From NCBI GenBank assembly GCA_965219995.1, contig CBDCOX010000002.1, positions 4,064,001 to 4,128,000 of the forward strand: a DNA stretch of 64,000 nt, in the 5' to 3' direction. Each line of letters begins with the position of its first letter. Position 1 is the first letter of the stretch. The DNA is from Candidatus Latescibacterota bacterium (GTDB lineage Bacteria; Latescibacterota; UBA2968; GCA-2709665). The notes below the pieces were generated by a model, which saw nothing but the letters and a program-made list of their open reading frames with translations, did not search any database and had not been told where the DNA came from. The position numbers were made by a program, and so were the translations under genes. Shown here one piece after another: positions 1 through 10,570 of the stretch.

Positions 1-1
1 A

Positions 2-2245
2 AGCATCCGCCGGGCAAACGGAGCCTTGAGGCCGGGCGATACCCTGGTCTTCCTCCCAGGGGTATACGAGGGCACGATCGCCCCGGAGCACGGAGGGACG
101 CCGGATGCTCCCATCCACTGCCGGTCTGACGTCAGGCACCGGGCCGTGCTCGCGGGTGGAGGCGACAGTCAGCCCGCGGTGGATCTTCAGGAGAAGCACA
201 ATATCCGAATCGAAGGGTTTCGGATCGCGCCCGGCGAAGGGCGTTGGCTGCGCGCCGATGGATGCGACCGGCTTGCCGTAGCGGGGTGTTACATGGAGAA
301 AGCCGGTAACGCGACGCCGTTCGTGCTGACCGGGTGTACGCACGTGCGGCTCATCGACAACGTGTTCCGCAAGGATCGCGTTGGCGGCAATATGTGCCAG
401 GTCGTGGAGTGCACGTACGTGCTGATCGAGGGGAACGCGTTCTCGCGGGTCGGGCACTGCCCGCTGCAGATTTCGATGACGAACAACCTGGTCGTTCGGT
501 CGAATTGCTTCCACAACCCCTGGGGGCGCAACTACGAATTCTGGGCTTCCGGGAGGGTGCTGGTCGAGGGAAATATCGTTACCGAGGCGCTCGACAGCGC
601 GCATTCGGCGGACAGCCGCGCGAAGAATCTGTTGATCGACGGCATCGTCCGCTTCAACCGGGTCTACGGCAACCTGCATACGCCCCTCAATTCATCGAGC
701 TACGTGCCCGTCAATTACCACGTGCGCGATCCATTCCGCTTCGTCAATTCCAGGGTGTACCACAATACGATTGCGGACAACCTCGGGTACGGATGGGAGA
801 TCACCGGGGTCAACGTGAGTTCGAACGTGTTTGTGAACAACATCTTTTGCAGGAATGACAAGTACGGCGGAAATGTACAGATCGCGAGGGGAGACGGTAT
901 TGCGGGCGACAACCTGTTTTTGAGCAACGTGTTCCGGGGTACGGAGGCCGGACAGCGGGTGGTGCGGTACGGTGACCGGTTCCGGACGGTGGACGAGGCC
1001 AACAGGGCGTCGGTCGTGAGGGGGCACTGGCGGGAATTCGAGGAGAACCTGGACGTGGACCCCTGTTTCGTGGATTCGGAAAACCGGGATTTTCGCCTGC
1101 GTCCGGGCAGTCCGTGCATTCATGCGGGGCGTGCCCTGACCGTGACGAGACGGGCCGGGCGGGGCCGGGAGGTCCCGGTCGACGACGGCAGATACTTCTA
1201 CGACGGGTTCGGCATTGAAGGTGAGATGGGCGACAGGGTCGCCGTAGGAAGGGCGGACCGGATCGCCCGTATTGAAAAAGTCCTGCTCAACTACTATCAG
1301 CCGGACCTGCTCGTTCTGGACCGGGAGATGCAATGGGACGCCGGCGCGCCGGTCAGCCTGCCCTGGTGCGGGGAGGCGCCGGATATCGGCGCGTACGAAC
1401 GGGGCCTCCCGGGATCCGGACGGGGGATTGCACGGGCGGAACCGGTCGACACCGAACCGGGGCGGGAGGTGAGGTTCTACGCAGAGCCGGCGGGAAGAGC
1501 CGTCGCGTCCGTCCGGTGGGATTTCGGCGACGGGGAGACCGCACAGGGGTGCGAAGCGGTACACGTCTATTCGGATTGCGGCCATCATCCTGCGCGGGTT
1601 CGAGTGCGTTATGAGGATGGCGACGACGAGGCGGACGTCGTCTTTGAAAGGGTGAATCAGCCGGTTGACCCCTGCGCGCCGATGCTCGTGGTTGATTTCG
1701 AAGAAGAGACGACGCTGGAGTGGGGGTACCTGTTCAAGATCTATCGGGGAAACCGGCTGACAGGACACGAATTCGTCGCGGACGGTTTCGGAGGCGGCAG
1801 ATGCGTCCGGCTGTTCGCGGAGGCGGACGGCTCCGACCTGGGCTGCAGTCTCGCTCCCGGAGATTGGGATATCGACACCTATCCGTTCATCCGTTTTGCC
1901 TACCGGATTCCCAGGGGGGTACCGGTGGGGCTGTGGCTTCAGGCGTTTCCCTCGGAAGCGTACGGCGAGGGCGTCGTCATTGCGGGAGGGACGTCGTCGC
2001 GCGAGTCCGGACCGTATCCGGACACGGGTGCCTGTACATTGATGGACGACGGCCGCTGGCACGCTGCAATACTGGATGCAAGGACGATACGGGAACAGAT
2101 CGGCGGGGTCCGTTATCTTCGCCGTTTCCGGTTCTATACGCACGGGAACGCGAAAGAAGGACACCAGTTCTGGTTCGACGAGTTCGAGATTTCGCCGGCT
2201 GGTAGATTGGATCCCACAGAATCGCACGGAAAACCGCAAATATGA
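2..2245 (+). CDS. Right-handed parallel beta-helix protein with PKD domain and C-terminal beta-sandwich (pectin-lyase fold), 5'-truncated by the window edge
   Basis: Frame is open from position 2 (SIRRANGALRPGDTLVFLPGVY, a typical beta-helix N-cap). Asn-rich beta-helix repeats, DFRLRPGSPCI and APDIGAYE motifs, PKD motif WDFGDG...HVY. Confidence 0.75.
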   Translation, partial: SIRRANGALRPGDTLVFLPGVYEGTIAPEHGGTPDAPIHCRSDVRHRAVLAGGGDSQPAVDLQEKHNIRIEGFRIAPGEGRWLRADGCDRLAVAGCYMEKAGNATPFVLTGCTHVRLIDNVFRKDRVGGNMCQVVECTYVLIEGNAFSRVGHCPLQISMTNNLVVRSNCFHNPWGRNYEFWASGRVLVEGNIVTEALDSAHSADSRAKNLLIDGIVRFNRVYGNLHTPLNSSSYVPVNYHVRDPFRFVNSRVYHNTIADNLGYGWEITGVNVSSNVFVNNIFCRNDKYGGNVQIARGDGIAGDNLFLSNVFRGTEAGQRVVRYGDRFRTVDEANRASVVRGHWREFEENLDVDPCFVDSENRDFRLRPGSPCIHAGRALTVTRRAGRGREVPVDDGRYFYDGFGIEGEMGDRVAVGRADRIARIEKVLLNYYQPDLLVLDREMQWDAGAPVSLPWCGEAPDIGAYERGLPGSGRGIARAEPVDTEPGREVRFYAEPAGRAVASVRWDFGDGETAQGCEAVHVYSDCGHHPARVRVRYEDGDDEADVVFERVNQPVDPCAPMLVVDFEEETTLEWGYLFKIYRGNRLTGHEFVADGFGGGRCVRLFAEADGSDLGCSLAPGDWDIDTYPFIRFAYRIPRGVPVGLWLQAFPSEAYGEGVVIAGGTSSRESGPYPDTGACTLMDDGRWHAAILDARTIREQIGGVRYLRRFRFYTHGNAKEGHQFWFDEFEISPAGRLDPTESHGKPQI

Positions 2246-4227
2246 AGCCATCCGGGCCGAAGTCTCCGACGGAGGCGCAGGCCTCGAAATTGAGGGAGGG
2301 GATCACCCTCAGGGCAGTGGTCATCGGCGTGCTCGCCGTGGTCGCCATCAATCTCTGGGTGACCTACGCGGAGACGGTGGTACGGTCCTCCCGGCTCAAT
2401 CTGAGTTTCTTTCAACTCACCCTGCTGAGTATTTTCATCGCGCTGGTGGGCGGCGTGAACCCGTTGCTCAGGCGAGTCAGGCCCCGCTCCGTTCTGTCTC
2501 CGTCCGAGTTGTTGACAGTGGCTGCAATCGGCATGGTCGGGTCGGTGGTGCCGACTTCCGGAGTTACCGGGTTCCTGGTGGGCGTGATCGGCAGCCCCAT
2601 CTATTTTGCAACGCCCGAGAACGGGTGGGCGGAGTACTATCACCCGCATCTGAAGCCGTGGATGGTGCCGTCGGACAGCGGCGCCCTGCGGGCCTTCTTC
2701 GAAGGCGGCGCCGGCGGCGTTGTGGCGTGGAAGACCTGGATGGCGCCGCTGGCGTGGTGGAGCAGCCTCGTCGCGGCCCTTCTCGTGGGCTCAGCGTGCG
2801 TGATGGTGATTCTGCGGCGGCAATGGGCGGAGCACGAGAAACTGGTGTATCCCCTTGCCGCCGTGCCAATCGAAATGGCGGAGGGCGCGTCGTCCCGAAG
2901 TGCGTTGCCCGATTTCATGAAAGGCAAGCTCTTCTGGCTGGGGGCGATTCTTGCGTTCGGGCTCTTCGCCTGGCACGCGACGTCCTGGTTCTTTCACGGG
3001 ATGCCGGGCATCCGGTTCTTTCCCCACGCCGGCTACTTTCGCTTCACCCGCTATTCCCCCGGCGTCTATATTCAGCCCCTGCAGTTCTATACGATCGGGT
3101 TCGCGTATTTCGCCAACCTGCAGGTGTTGTTCAGCATCTGGTTCTTCTTCCTGGTGCACGTGGTGGAGGGCGGCATCTTCAACCGCCTCGGGTATCAGAT
3201 CGAACGGTCCACCGATACCTTCAGCGCGGACCCGCCCACCGAAGCGTGGCAGTGCTTCGGCGCACTGGCATGCCTGGTCGCCTGGCGCCTCTGGGTGGCC
3301 CGGACACACCTGCGGGACGTGTTCCTCAAGGCGATGCGGGCGGACCATCCGCTCGACGACGGCCGGGAGGTCCTTTCGTACCGGGCATCGGTCCTGGGGC
3401 TGCTGTTGAGCGCGGTCTATGCGCTGTTCTGGCTCCAGCGGTCCGGTATGGACGCGGTATCGGCGGCGATGTTCCTGTTCGCCCTCGGCATTATATACAT
3501 CGGCCTGGCGCGAGTCGTATCGGAGGCGGGGGTGGCCTACGCCCAGGGCACGGTAACGCCGCAGGCCTTCGTGATGGACCTCCGGGGCACCTACGGGCTC
3601 TCCGGCGCCTGCCTGACGTCCATCGCGCTCTCCTACGCGCTGATCGACTATATGCGCGGGCTCTTCACACCCGGTCTGGCGCAGGCCGTGCGTATTGCGG
3701 ACCGGATCCGGGGGAACCGGCGCCTCCTGCTGTTCTGTGTGACCGTGGGGGTGTTCGCGGGGCTCGCGTCATCGGTCTGGTTCACGCTCCACCTGGGCCA
3801 TACGCACGGCGCGTACAATTTCTCGCGCCTGTTTTTCAACGGGAACCCCAAGGCCGTCTTTTCCACCACGCTGGGACAGATGCGAACGCCGGGGGCGCCC
3901 GAGTTGAGCCGGGTGCTGTTTTTCGGCATCGGCGCGGGCCTGATGGGGGCGCTCACCTTCCTTCGCTACCGGTACTCCTGGTGGCCGGTCCATCCCATCG
4001 GGCTGGCCGTCGCCGCCGCCGATAACGTGTACAGCCTTGCGATGCCGGTGTTCATGGCCTGGGCCGCCAAGTCGGTGGTCATGCGGGTGGGCGGGGTCTC
4101 CCTCTACCGGCGGTCAAAGCCGCTGTTCCTGGGCCTGCTGGTGGGATATACGGCAGGCGTCGTGCTGGCCTTTACGGTCGACGCCGTGTGGTTTTCGGGC
4201 CAGGGACACCAGGTGCACTGGTGGTAG
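2242..4227 (+). CDS. DUF6785/DUF6784-type multi-pass membrane protein (putative transporter), paralogue 1
   Basis: 661 aa with many TM helices; motifs ILRRQW..EKLVYPL, GFAYF, WWPVHPIG. ATGA overlap with the upstream gene. Confidence 0.75.
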   Translation: MKPSGPKSPTEAQASKLREGITLRAVVIGVLAVVAINLWVTYAETVVRSSRLNLSFFQLTLLSIFIALVGGVNPLLRRVRPRSVLSPSELLTVAAIGMVGSVVPTSGVTGFLVGVIGSPIYFATPENGWAEYYHPHLKPWMVPSDSGALRAFFEGGAGGVVAWKTWMAPLAWWSSLVAALLVGSACVMVILRRQWAEHEKLVYPLAAVPIEMAEGASSRSALPDFMKGKLFWLGAILAFGLFAWHATSWFFHGMPGIRFFPHAGYFRFTRYSPGVYIQPLQFYTIGFAYFANLQVLFSIWFFFLVHVVEGGIFNRLGYQIERSTDTFSADPPTEAWQCFGALACLVAWRLWVARTHLRDVFLKAMRADHPLDDGREVLSYRASVLGLLLSAVYALFWLQRSGMDAVSAAMFLFALGIIYIGLARVVSEAGVAYAQGTVTPQAFVMDLRGTYGLSGACLTSIALSYALIDYMRGLFTPGLAQAVRIADRIRGNRRLLLFCVTVGVFAGLASSVWFTLHLGHTHGAYNFSRLFFNGNPKAVFSTTLGQMRTPGAPELSRVLFFGIGAGLMGALTFLRYRYSWWPVHPIGLAVAAADNVYSLAMPVFMAWAAKSVVMRVGGVSLYRRSKPLFLGLLVGYTAGVVLAFTVDAVWFSGQGHQVHWW

Positions 4228-4346
4228 CCGGGAACGGACGTCGATCCGCACCGGCGGTACCAGGTGATACGCCGCCGTCCGCGCATTCGCAAGCAACGAT
4301 TGCGCGCTCCGGACTTCCCGTCTGAAACACGTTCGAAACGAATTCC

Positions 4347-6317
4347 ATGGAATCGTCGCCGATACATACCGGGGCGCCACACACCGGAAACCGCGAGGAC
4401 AAACCTGGCGGAGTCACCCCGAGGTCGGTGGGAATCGGCCTTCTCATGGTGGTGTTCGTCAACTTCTGGATCCTGTACTCGCTGTACCTGATCCGGGCTT
4501 CCTGGCTGCAGGTGACCCATTTCCCGATGGGACTGTTCGTGCCCTTCATGCTCCTGGCGCTGTTTGTGAATCCCGCGCTCAAGGCGCTGGGGCACGGCAG
4601 GGGCCTGTCCCGGTCGGAGATTCTGGTGGTGGCAGCGATGGGCCTGGCCGGCGCGATGGTGCCCGGGTTCAGCCTGATGACCACGCTCCTGGGGACCATC
4701 TCGGTTCCATACTACATGGCGACCCCGGAAAACCAGTGGAGCGCCTTTTTCCATCTCCACATGCCGGACTGGATCGCGCCGTCGAACCGCGGCGGTACGA
4801 TGCGGATGCTGTTCGAAGGCCTCCCGTCGAGGGACATGCCGATTCCCCTTGGCGCCTGGGCCGGTCCATTGACCTGGTGGATGGCCCTGGTGGGCGCGTT
4901 CGCGTTCGCTTCGATGTGCCTGATGGTGATCCTGCGCCGGCAGTGGGTGGAGTACGAACGCCTGGTGTACCCCCTCGCGCAGGTGGCAGCCGACATGGCC
5001 GGCGACGAGAGGGACGGGCGTTCGCTTCCGGGGTTCATGCGCACCCGTGCGTTCAAGTTCGGGTTCGGGGCGGCCACCCTGGTCATGACCTGGAACATGA
5101 TGTCTCATTTCGCGCCGGGGTTTCCCGAGATACCGCTCGGCATCCCGTCGCGATGGACCACGTTCTTCAAGGGATTTCCGCCGCTCCACACGACCATCAA
5201 CTTCTACACGATCGGATTCGCGTATCTGGCCAACCTGGACGTGCTCTTCAGCATCTGGTTCTTTCACTTCATGGCAATGTGGGAGGTCTTCGCCTTCGGA
5301 AGGCTGGGCGTGGGGGGCATCTCCGGCGCGGCGGCCGTATCGTGGCAGAGCATCGGTGCGTTGTGCACCCTGGTGGTGTGGGGGCTGTGGACCGCCCGGA
5401 AACACCTGCACCAGGTTCTCAGAGGGGCGCTCCATCCATCCGGCGACGATGATCAGGAGATCCTTTCCTACCGGACGGCCGCGTGCGGCGCGGCGCTGAG
5501 TCTGATCTTTATCGTTGCCTGGTTTTACAATACGGGCATGGGCCTGCTTCTTTCATCTGTGCTGGTGCTTCTCTTCTTCATTACCTATCTGGGCATCGCG
5601 CGGGTGGTGGCGCAGTCGGGCCTGCTGTACGTCAGCTCCCCGATGTTTCCGCAATCCGCGATCCTGCGCGCCGTCGGCCCTGCCGCGATTCCCGGGCGCG
5701 CAATGACGGCGTTGGCCTTCTCCTTCGCCCTGCGCAACGACGGCCGCGGCCTATTCATGCCCGCCCTGGCGCACGTGGCGAAAATCGGCGACCTGATCGG
5801 CGGGGACCGGCGTCGGCTCGGTTACGCCGTGGCGCTGGGCCTTGTCGGCGCCGTAGCGACCTCGGTCGGTCTGACACTCTACTGGGGATATACGATCGGC
5901 GCGTACAATTTCGGCAGCATCGCGCTGCTTCGGCGGACGGTTCCCACCTTCAACTGGTTTGTGGGGATGATGTCCAGCCCGGACCCGGTGAAGCCGGAGG
6001 TATTCGGGTATTTCGGCGCCGGTTGCGTGGCAATGCTCGCGCTGACTTTTCTTCGCTACCGAGTTCCGTGGTGGCCGTTGCACCCATTGGGGCTTGCCGT
6101 GACCTGGTCGGGAATGACGGTGCATTCGGTGCTCTCGGTTTTTCTCGCATGGTCGGTAAAAGCGATCTTGCTGAAGGCGGGCGGCGTTTTTCTGTACCGG
6201 CGTTCCATTCCTTTTTTCCTGGGGTTGATGGTCGGATATGCGCTCAACGTGGGCGTTTCGTTCGTGCTGGACATCACGTATTTCGGCGGGGAGGGACACG
6301 GCGTACATGCCTATTGA
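4347..6317 (+). CDS. DUF6785/DUF6784-type membrane protein, paralogue 2
   Basis: 656 aa with the same motifs (ILRRQWVEYERLVYPL, WWPLHPLG) and the same architecture as paralogue 1. Confidence 0.75.
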   Translation: MESSPIHTGAPHTGNREDKPGGVTPRSVGIGLLMVVFVNFWILYSLYLIRASWLQVTHFPMGLFVPFMLLALFVNPALKALGHGRGLSRSEILVVAAMGLAGAMVPGFSLMTTLLGTISVPYYMATPENQWSAFFHLHMPDWIAPSNRGGTMRMLFEGLPSRDMPIPLGAWAGPLTWWMALVGAFAFASMCLMVILRRQWVEYERLVYPLAQVAADMAGDERDGRSLPGFMRTRAFKFGFGAATLVMTWNMMSHFAPGFPEIPLGIPSRWTTFFKGFPPLHTTINFYTIGFAYLANLDVLFSIWFFHFMAMWEVFAFGRLGVGGISGAAAVSWQSIGALCTLVVWGLWTARKHLHQVLRGALHPSGDDDQEILSYRTAACGAALSLIFIVAWFYNTGMGLLLSSVLVLLFFITYLGIARVVAQSGLLYVSSPMFPQSAILRAVGPAAIPGRAMTALAFSFALRNDGRGLFMPALAHVAKIGDLIGGDRRRLGYAVALGLVGAVATSVGLTLYWGYTIGAYNFGSIALLRRTVPTFNWFVGMMSSPDPVKPEVFGYFGAGCVAMLALTFLRYRVPWWPLHPLGLAVTWSGMTVHSVLSVFLAWSVKAILLKAGGVFLYRRSIPFFLGLMVGYALNVGVSFVLDITYFGGEGHGVHAY

Positions 6318-6336
6318 AAGACGGGAGAAGCGTAGA

Positions 6337-7590
6337 ATGCAGATGGGTAGATGGTTACCGTTGGCCTGGTTCTTCGTTTCCGCGCTAACCGCCTGCGGCG
6401 GGTCCGATGATGGATCGTCCGGCGGAAAGGTGACGCTCAGAATCGCCTGGATGGGCCCCGAACGGGAAGCGTTCCGGGCGTGGAAGAAGGGATTTGAAGC
6501 GGAACACCCCGGTGTGAAGATCGAGCAGCGGTTCATCCCGTACGATCAGGGGCCGACGGTTTACAATACCATGATTCAGGGCGGAAACCTTCCGGACCTG
6601 GGATATCTGTTCATGGGGATGATTTCGGAGTATGCGGAGCGGGGGGTACTGGAGCCGCTGGACGACTATATGACGGATGACGAACGCAACGCGTGGATTT
6701 CCACGGCGCTCAGCGCCGGCGAGTACCGGGGAAAGACGTACGGGGTGCCGCTATGGGGCGCCAACCGGGTTCTCTACGTCCGCAGAGACTGGATGGAAGA
6801 GGCAGGGGTGAGCGCGCCGCCCGATACGTGGGAGGCGGTCCGGGAACTGGCAATCAGGCTGAACAGGCCGCCCGAGCGCTACGGGATCTGTGTGGGCGCG
6901 GGAAGGCCGAAGCACCTGATGCAGGAGCAGATCGCCATGATGTGGGGGTTTGGCGCCGACTTCTTCGACCGGGACGGCAGGCTGGCGATCAACAGCCCAG
7001 AGGCGGTGGCGTACGTGAAGTTTCTGACGGAGTTGCATCTGGTGGACGGGGCCATGCCGCCGGGCATCCTGAATCTGAACGCGGATGATTGCTATGCGGT
7101 TATGGACGCGGGAAAGGCGGGTCTTACGTTCAGCGGGCCGTGGCAGTACGAGCGGTGCCGGAATGCCGGGATCGCGTGCGAGCCGCTGATGACGCCGGCG
7201 GGACGCGACCGGAAGATGCTGCTGATTCTGGATATTCTTTCCGTGTTTTCCACGTCGAAACGGAAAGACCTGGCGTACGACTTCATCCGCTTTACGCAGC
7301 GGCCGGAAAACCGGGAGTTGATGGACGTGGAGAACGGGGGCGTGCCGGTGACCAAAGCGGTGTCGGAACACGCGTATTACCGGACCGTGCCGATCCGCAA
7401 TTACCTGGCGCAGGCGGACCTGATCAAACTGACGCCGAAGCACCCGGAATGGACGAAGATCCAGGACGGGTGGGGAGAGGCGATCCAGATGGTTCTGGCG
7501 GGTACGGCGTCTCCGCGTGAGGCGCTGGATACGGTCTATGCACGTCTGATGAGGGAACTGGAAGACCCCACGCTACCCCGCGAGGATTGA
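6337..7590 (+). CDS. Carbohydrate ABC transporter substrate-binding lipoprotein
   Basis: ATG at 6337 after GGAGAAG; lipobox LTAC; PDL, GKTYGVP and PDTWE motifs of SBP family 1. Confidence 0.9.
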   Translation: MQMGRWLPLAWFFVSALTACGGSDDGSSGGKVTLRIAWMGPEREAFRAWKKGFEAEHPGVKIEQRFIPYDQGPTVYNTMIQGGNLPDLGYLFMGMISEYAERGVLEPLDDYMTDDERNAWISTALSAGEYRGKTYGVPLWGANRVLYVRRDWMEEAGVSAPPDTWEAVRELAIRLNRPPERYGICVGAGRPKHLMQEQIAMMWGFGADFFDRDGRLAINSPEAVAYVKFLTELHLVDGAMPPGILNLNADDCYAVMDAGKAGLTFSGPWQYERCRNAGIACEPLMTPAGRDRKMLLILDILSVFSTSKRKDLAYDFIRFTQRPENRELMDVENGGVPVTKAVSEHAYYRTVPIRNYLAQADLIKLTPKHPEWTKIQDGWGEAIQMVLAGTASPREALDTVYARLMRELEDPTLPRED

Positions 7591-7599
7591 GGAAGGCTT

Positions 7600-8466
7600 A
7601 TGGAGCGGGAGAAACAACGGCTGGCGTACCTTTACGTTGCCCCCGCGGCGGTGTGGTTGTTTCTGTTTATGGGGGTTCCCATTCTGGACGTGATGGAGAC
7701 GAGTCTCTATCACACGTCCTACAAGGGAGAGACGTTTGCCGGTTTGGGGAATTACCGCGGACTTCTGCAGGACGATCTGTTTCTGCTGGTGCTGAAGAAC
7801 ACGGCGTTGTGGACCGCCCTGGCGGTCGTGATGAACGTGGGATTGGGGCTGGGCGTGGCGCTGTTGTTGAGCCGCGCGTCGGTTTTCAGCGAATGGGTCA
7901 GGGGCCTGCTGATCCTCGCGTGGGCAATGCCGCTGGTGGTGGCGGCGATCACCTGGAAGTGGATGTACAACGGCGAGTACGGGCACCTGAATTCGCTTCT
8001 GCTGGGCCTGCAACTCATCGATACGCCGGTTCAGTGGCTGACGGACGCTTCAACGGCCTTTGCCGGGGCGCTGGTCGCCCGGTTGTGGACGGCCCTTCCG
8101 TTTACCACGTTCGCATTCCTTTCCGCGCTGCAGTCGATCCCCGGCGATCTTTACGAGGCTTCCACGATCGACGGGGCCACGGGTTTCCGGCAGTTCCGTC
8201 ATATCACGCTGCCGCTGCTGCGCCCGGTCACGCTGGCGGTTCTGCTGGTCAGCGTAATCTGGTCGTTCAACAGCTTCGTCTTCATCTATGTCATTACGGC
8301 GGGAGGACCGGCGAACCAGACCCAGATTATGGTTACGGAAATCTACCGGCGTGCGTTCGGTTACTTCAACTTCGGACAGGCGAGCGCCCTTACCGTTCTG
8401 GCGTTCCTTCTGCTGCTCGGGATCAGTCTTCTCCAGTGGCGGGTATTCTACAGGAGGGAAATATAA
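7600..8466 (+). CDS. Carbohydrate ABC transporter permease (MalF/UgpA-like)
   Basis: EAA loop LYEASTIDGA; TAGGP motif; RBS GAGGAAGG. Confidence 0.92.
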   Translation: MEREKQRLAYLYVAPAAVWLFLFMGVPILDVMETSLYHTSYKGETFAGLGNYRGLLQDDLFLLVLKNTALWTALAVVMNVGLGLGVALLLSRASVFSEWVRGLLILAWAMPLVVAAITWKWMYNGEYGHLNSLLLGLQLIDTPVQWLTDASTAFAGALVARLWTALPFTTFAFLSALQSIPGDLYEASTIDGATGFRQFRHITLPLLRPVTLAVLLVSVIWSFNSFVFIYVITAGGPANQTQIMVTEIYRRAFGYFNFGQASALTVLAFLLLLGISLLQWRVFYRREI

Positions 8467-8468
8467 CC

Positions 8469-9305
8469 TTGGGACCGGTCCGTGTGCGGCCTTCGGGGGT
8501 ATTGCGGGCGCTCCTGATCGCGGGCGTCGCCGCGTTCGCGCTGTTTCCGTTTCTGGTCGTCGCGGGGACTTCCCTGAAGACGCTGGGCGAAGTGTTTCAG
8601 TCGCCGGCGACGCTGGTGCCCAGACTGTTTGCGTGGCAGAATTATGTGGATATCTTCGTCCGGATTCCAATGACGCGCCATCTGGCGAACAGTCTGATCA
8701 TCGCTGTGGGAACCACGGTTCTGAACATTGCCGTGGCGACTCCGGCGGCCTACGCGATGGCGCGCATCCGGTTTCGCGGCCGCGGGGCGTTCGGGCTGGG
8801 CATCCTCGTGATGCAGATGTTTTCCCCCGTGATCGTTCTGATTCCCCTGTTCAAGGTGATGAAGTCGCTTCATCTTCTGGACACGTACAGCGGCCTGATT
8901 CTGGTGAATACCGCCGTTACCCTGCCGTTTTCGATATGGATCCTGGCTGGGTTCTTCAGGCGCATTCCGGAAGAACTGGAAGATGCCGCGATGATCGACG
9001 GCCTATCCAGAACGGGGATGCTGTTCAGGATCGCCCTGCCGCTGACCGGGCCTGGGCTGGCGACAACCGCGATCTTTGCGTTCGTGACCGCCTGGAACGA
9101 GTTCATCTTCGCCCTGGTACTGGTTTCCCGGAGGGAAATGCAGCCGATCACGATGGCGCTCTATTCGTGGGAAAAGAACAACGTGGTGGAATGGAACCTG
9201 CTGATGGCGACCGCGGTGGTGGCGACGATTCCAACCGTGCTGCTGTTTCTGCTGGTCAGGAAGCGGCTGACGGCGGGTCTGATGGCGGGTGCGGTGAAGT
9301 CCTGA
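8469..9305 (+). CDS. Carbohydrate ABC transporter permease (MalG/UgpE-like)
   Basis: Likely TTG start at 8469 after AGGAGG; IPEELEDAAMIDG EAA loop, AWNEF, C-terminal GAVK. Confidence 0.9.
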   Translation: MGPVRVRPSGVLRALLIAGVAAFALFPFLVVAGTSLKTLGEVFQSPATLVPRLFAWQNYVDIFVRIPMTRHLANSLIIAVGTTVLNIAVATPAAYAMARIRFRGRGAFGLGILVMQMFSPVIVLIPLFKVMKSLHLLDTYSGLILVNTAVTLPFSIWILAGFFRRIPEELEDAAMIDGLSRTGMLFRIALPLTGPGLATTAIFAFVTAWNEFIFALVLVSRREMQPITMALYSWEKNNVVEWNLLMATAVVATIPTVLLFLLVRKRLTAGLMAGAVKS

Positions 9306-9331
9306 GCGCGCTCGATCCCCGGTTCCGCCGG

Positions 9332-10447
9332 CTATTCGGGCGCATCCGGGAGCAGCGCGGCTTCGGTTTCCCGATCGAAAAAGTGGACGGCGGAGAGGTC
9401 GAATGCCAGGCGGACCTCCTCGTCCACCGAAGGAATGGGTTCCGCGGCCACCCGGGCCACGCAGGAGGCGCGCCCGACGGTCAGGTAGAGGAAGGTCTCA
9501 TGTCCCATCGGTTCGACCACTTCGACTTTCGCGACCACGTCTTCGGATTTGCCGGGTCCGTGAACTGAAGACGCGTAGTGGATGTGCTCGGGACGGATAC
9601 CCAGGATGACGCGGCGGCCGACGCAGCCTGACAGGCTGACCCGGAGTCGATCCGGTATCGGGAGGCGGAGGCCGTCTCCAGAAAATGCCAGACCGTCGTC
9701 CCGAACGAGTTCACCTTCCAGGAAATTCATCGACGGGCTGCCGATAAAACCGGCCACGAACCGGTTTACGGGGCGCCGGTAGAGCTGAACCGGAACGCCG
9801 ATCTGCTGAATTCGTCCGTCTCGCATCACCACGAGCCGGTCGCCCATGGTCATCGCTTCGACCTGGTCGTGGGTGACGTAGATCATCGTGGCCCCGAGCC
9901 GGGTGTGCAGCTTGCCGAGTTCAGTACGCATCTGCACCCTGAGCCCGGCGTCCAGATTGGACAGGGGTTCGTCGAAGAGGAAGGCCTTGGGTTTCCGGAC
10001 GATTGCCCGGCCCACGGCCACCCGCTGACGCTGCCCTCCGGACAGTTCCTTCGGCTTGCGGTCCAGCAGGTCTTCGAGACCCAGGATGTCCGCCGCCTCC
10101 CGCACCCTGGCGTCGATTTCCGCTTTCGGAAATTTCCTGAGTTTCAGCCCGAAGGCCATGTTCCGGTAGACGTCCATATGGGGGTAGAGGGCGTAGTTCT
10201 GAAAGACCATCGCGATGTTCCGGTCTTTGGGCGGCAGATCGTTCGCGAGTTTGCCGTCAATGTAGACGTTACCGCCGGTCACCTCCTCGAGGCCGGCGAC
10301 CAGCCGGAGCGTGGTCGATTTTCCGCAGCCCGAAGGCCCGACGAGCACCACGAACTCCCCATCTTCGATATGGAGGCTGAAGTCCTCCACCGCGACGGTG
10401 TTCCCGTTGTATATTTTCCGGACGTCTTTCAGGGTTACCGTTGCCAT
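9332..10447 (-). CDS. Sugar ABC transporter ATP-binding protein (MalK/UgpC/MsmX family)
   Basis: Walker A GPSGCGKST, signature LSGGQRQR, FLFDEPLSNLD, C-terminal TOBE domain. Confidence 0.95.
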   Translation of the reverse strand: MATVTLKDVRKIYNGNTVAVEDFSLHIEDGEFVVLVGPSGCGKSTTLRLVAGLEEVTGGNVYIDGKLANDLPPKDRNIAMVFQNYALYPHMDVYRNMAFGLKLRKFPKAEIDARVREAADILGLEDLLDRKPKELSGGQRQRVAVGRAIVRKPKAFLFDEPLSNLDAGLRVQMRTELGKLHTRLGATMIYVTHDQVEAMTMGDRLVVMRDGRIQQIGVPVQLYRRPVNRFVAGFIGSPSMNFLEGELVRDDGLAFSGDGLRLPIPDRLRVSLSGCVGRRVILGIRPEHIHYASSVHGPGKSEDVVAKVEVVEPMGHETFLYLTVGRASCVARVAAEPIPSVDEEVRLAFDLSAVHFFDRETEAALLPDAPE

Positions 10448-10570
10448 CCTGCCCCCGGCTCCGGGTGAGAGGTGGTGGACCGGATAAAGTAAGTATAACC
10501 CTTTGAATTAACAAGCTTCCGAAGGACTCGCGGGGCGTTTACCCTGAACATTCGAGACGAGGACCTTCCA

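Noticed and set aside
7587-8468. N-terminal extensions given by the ORF track (also 13913..14368, 24117..24476, 28279..28980, 46782..46931)
   Set aside because: They overlap other genes or repeats; better starts with an RBS or signal peptide lie downstream.
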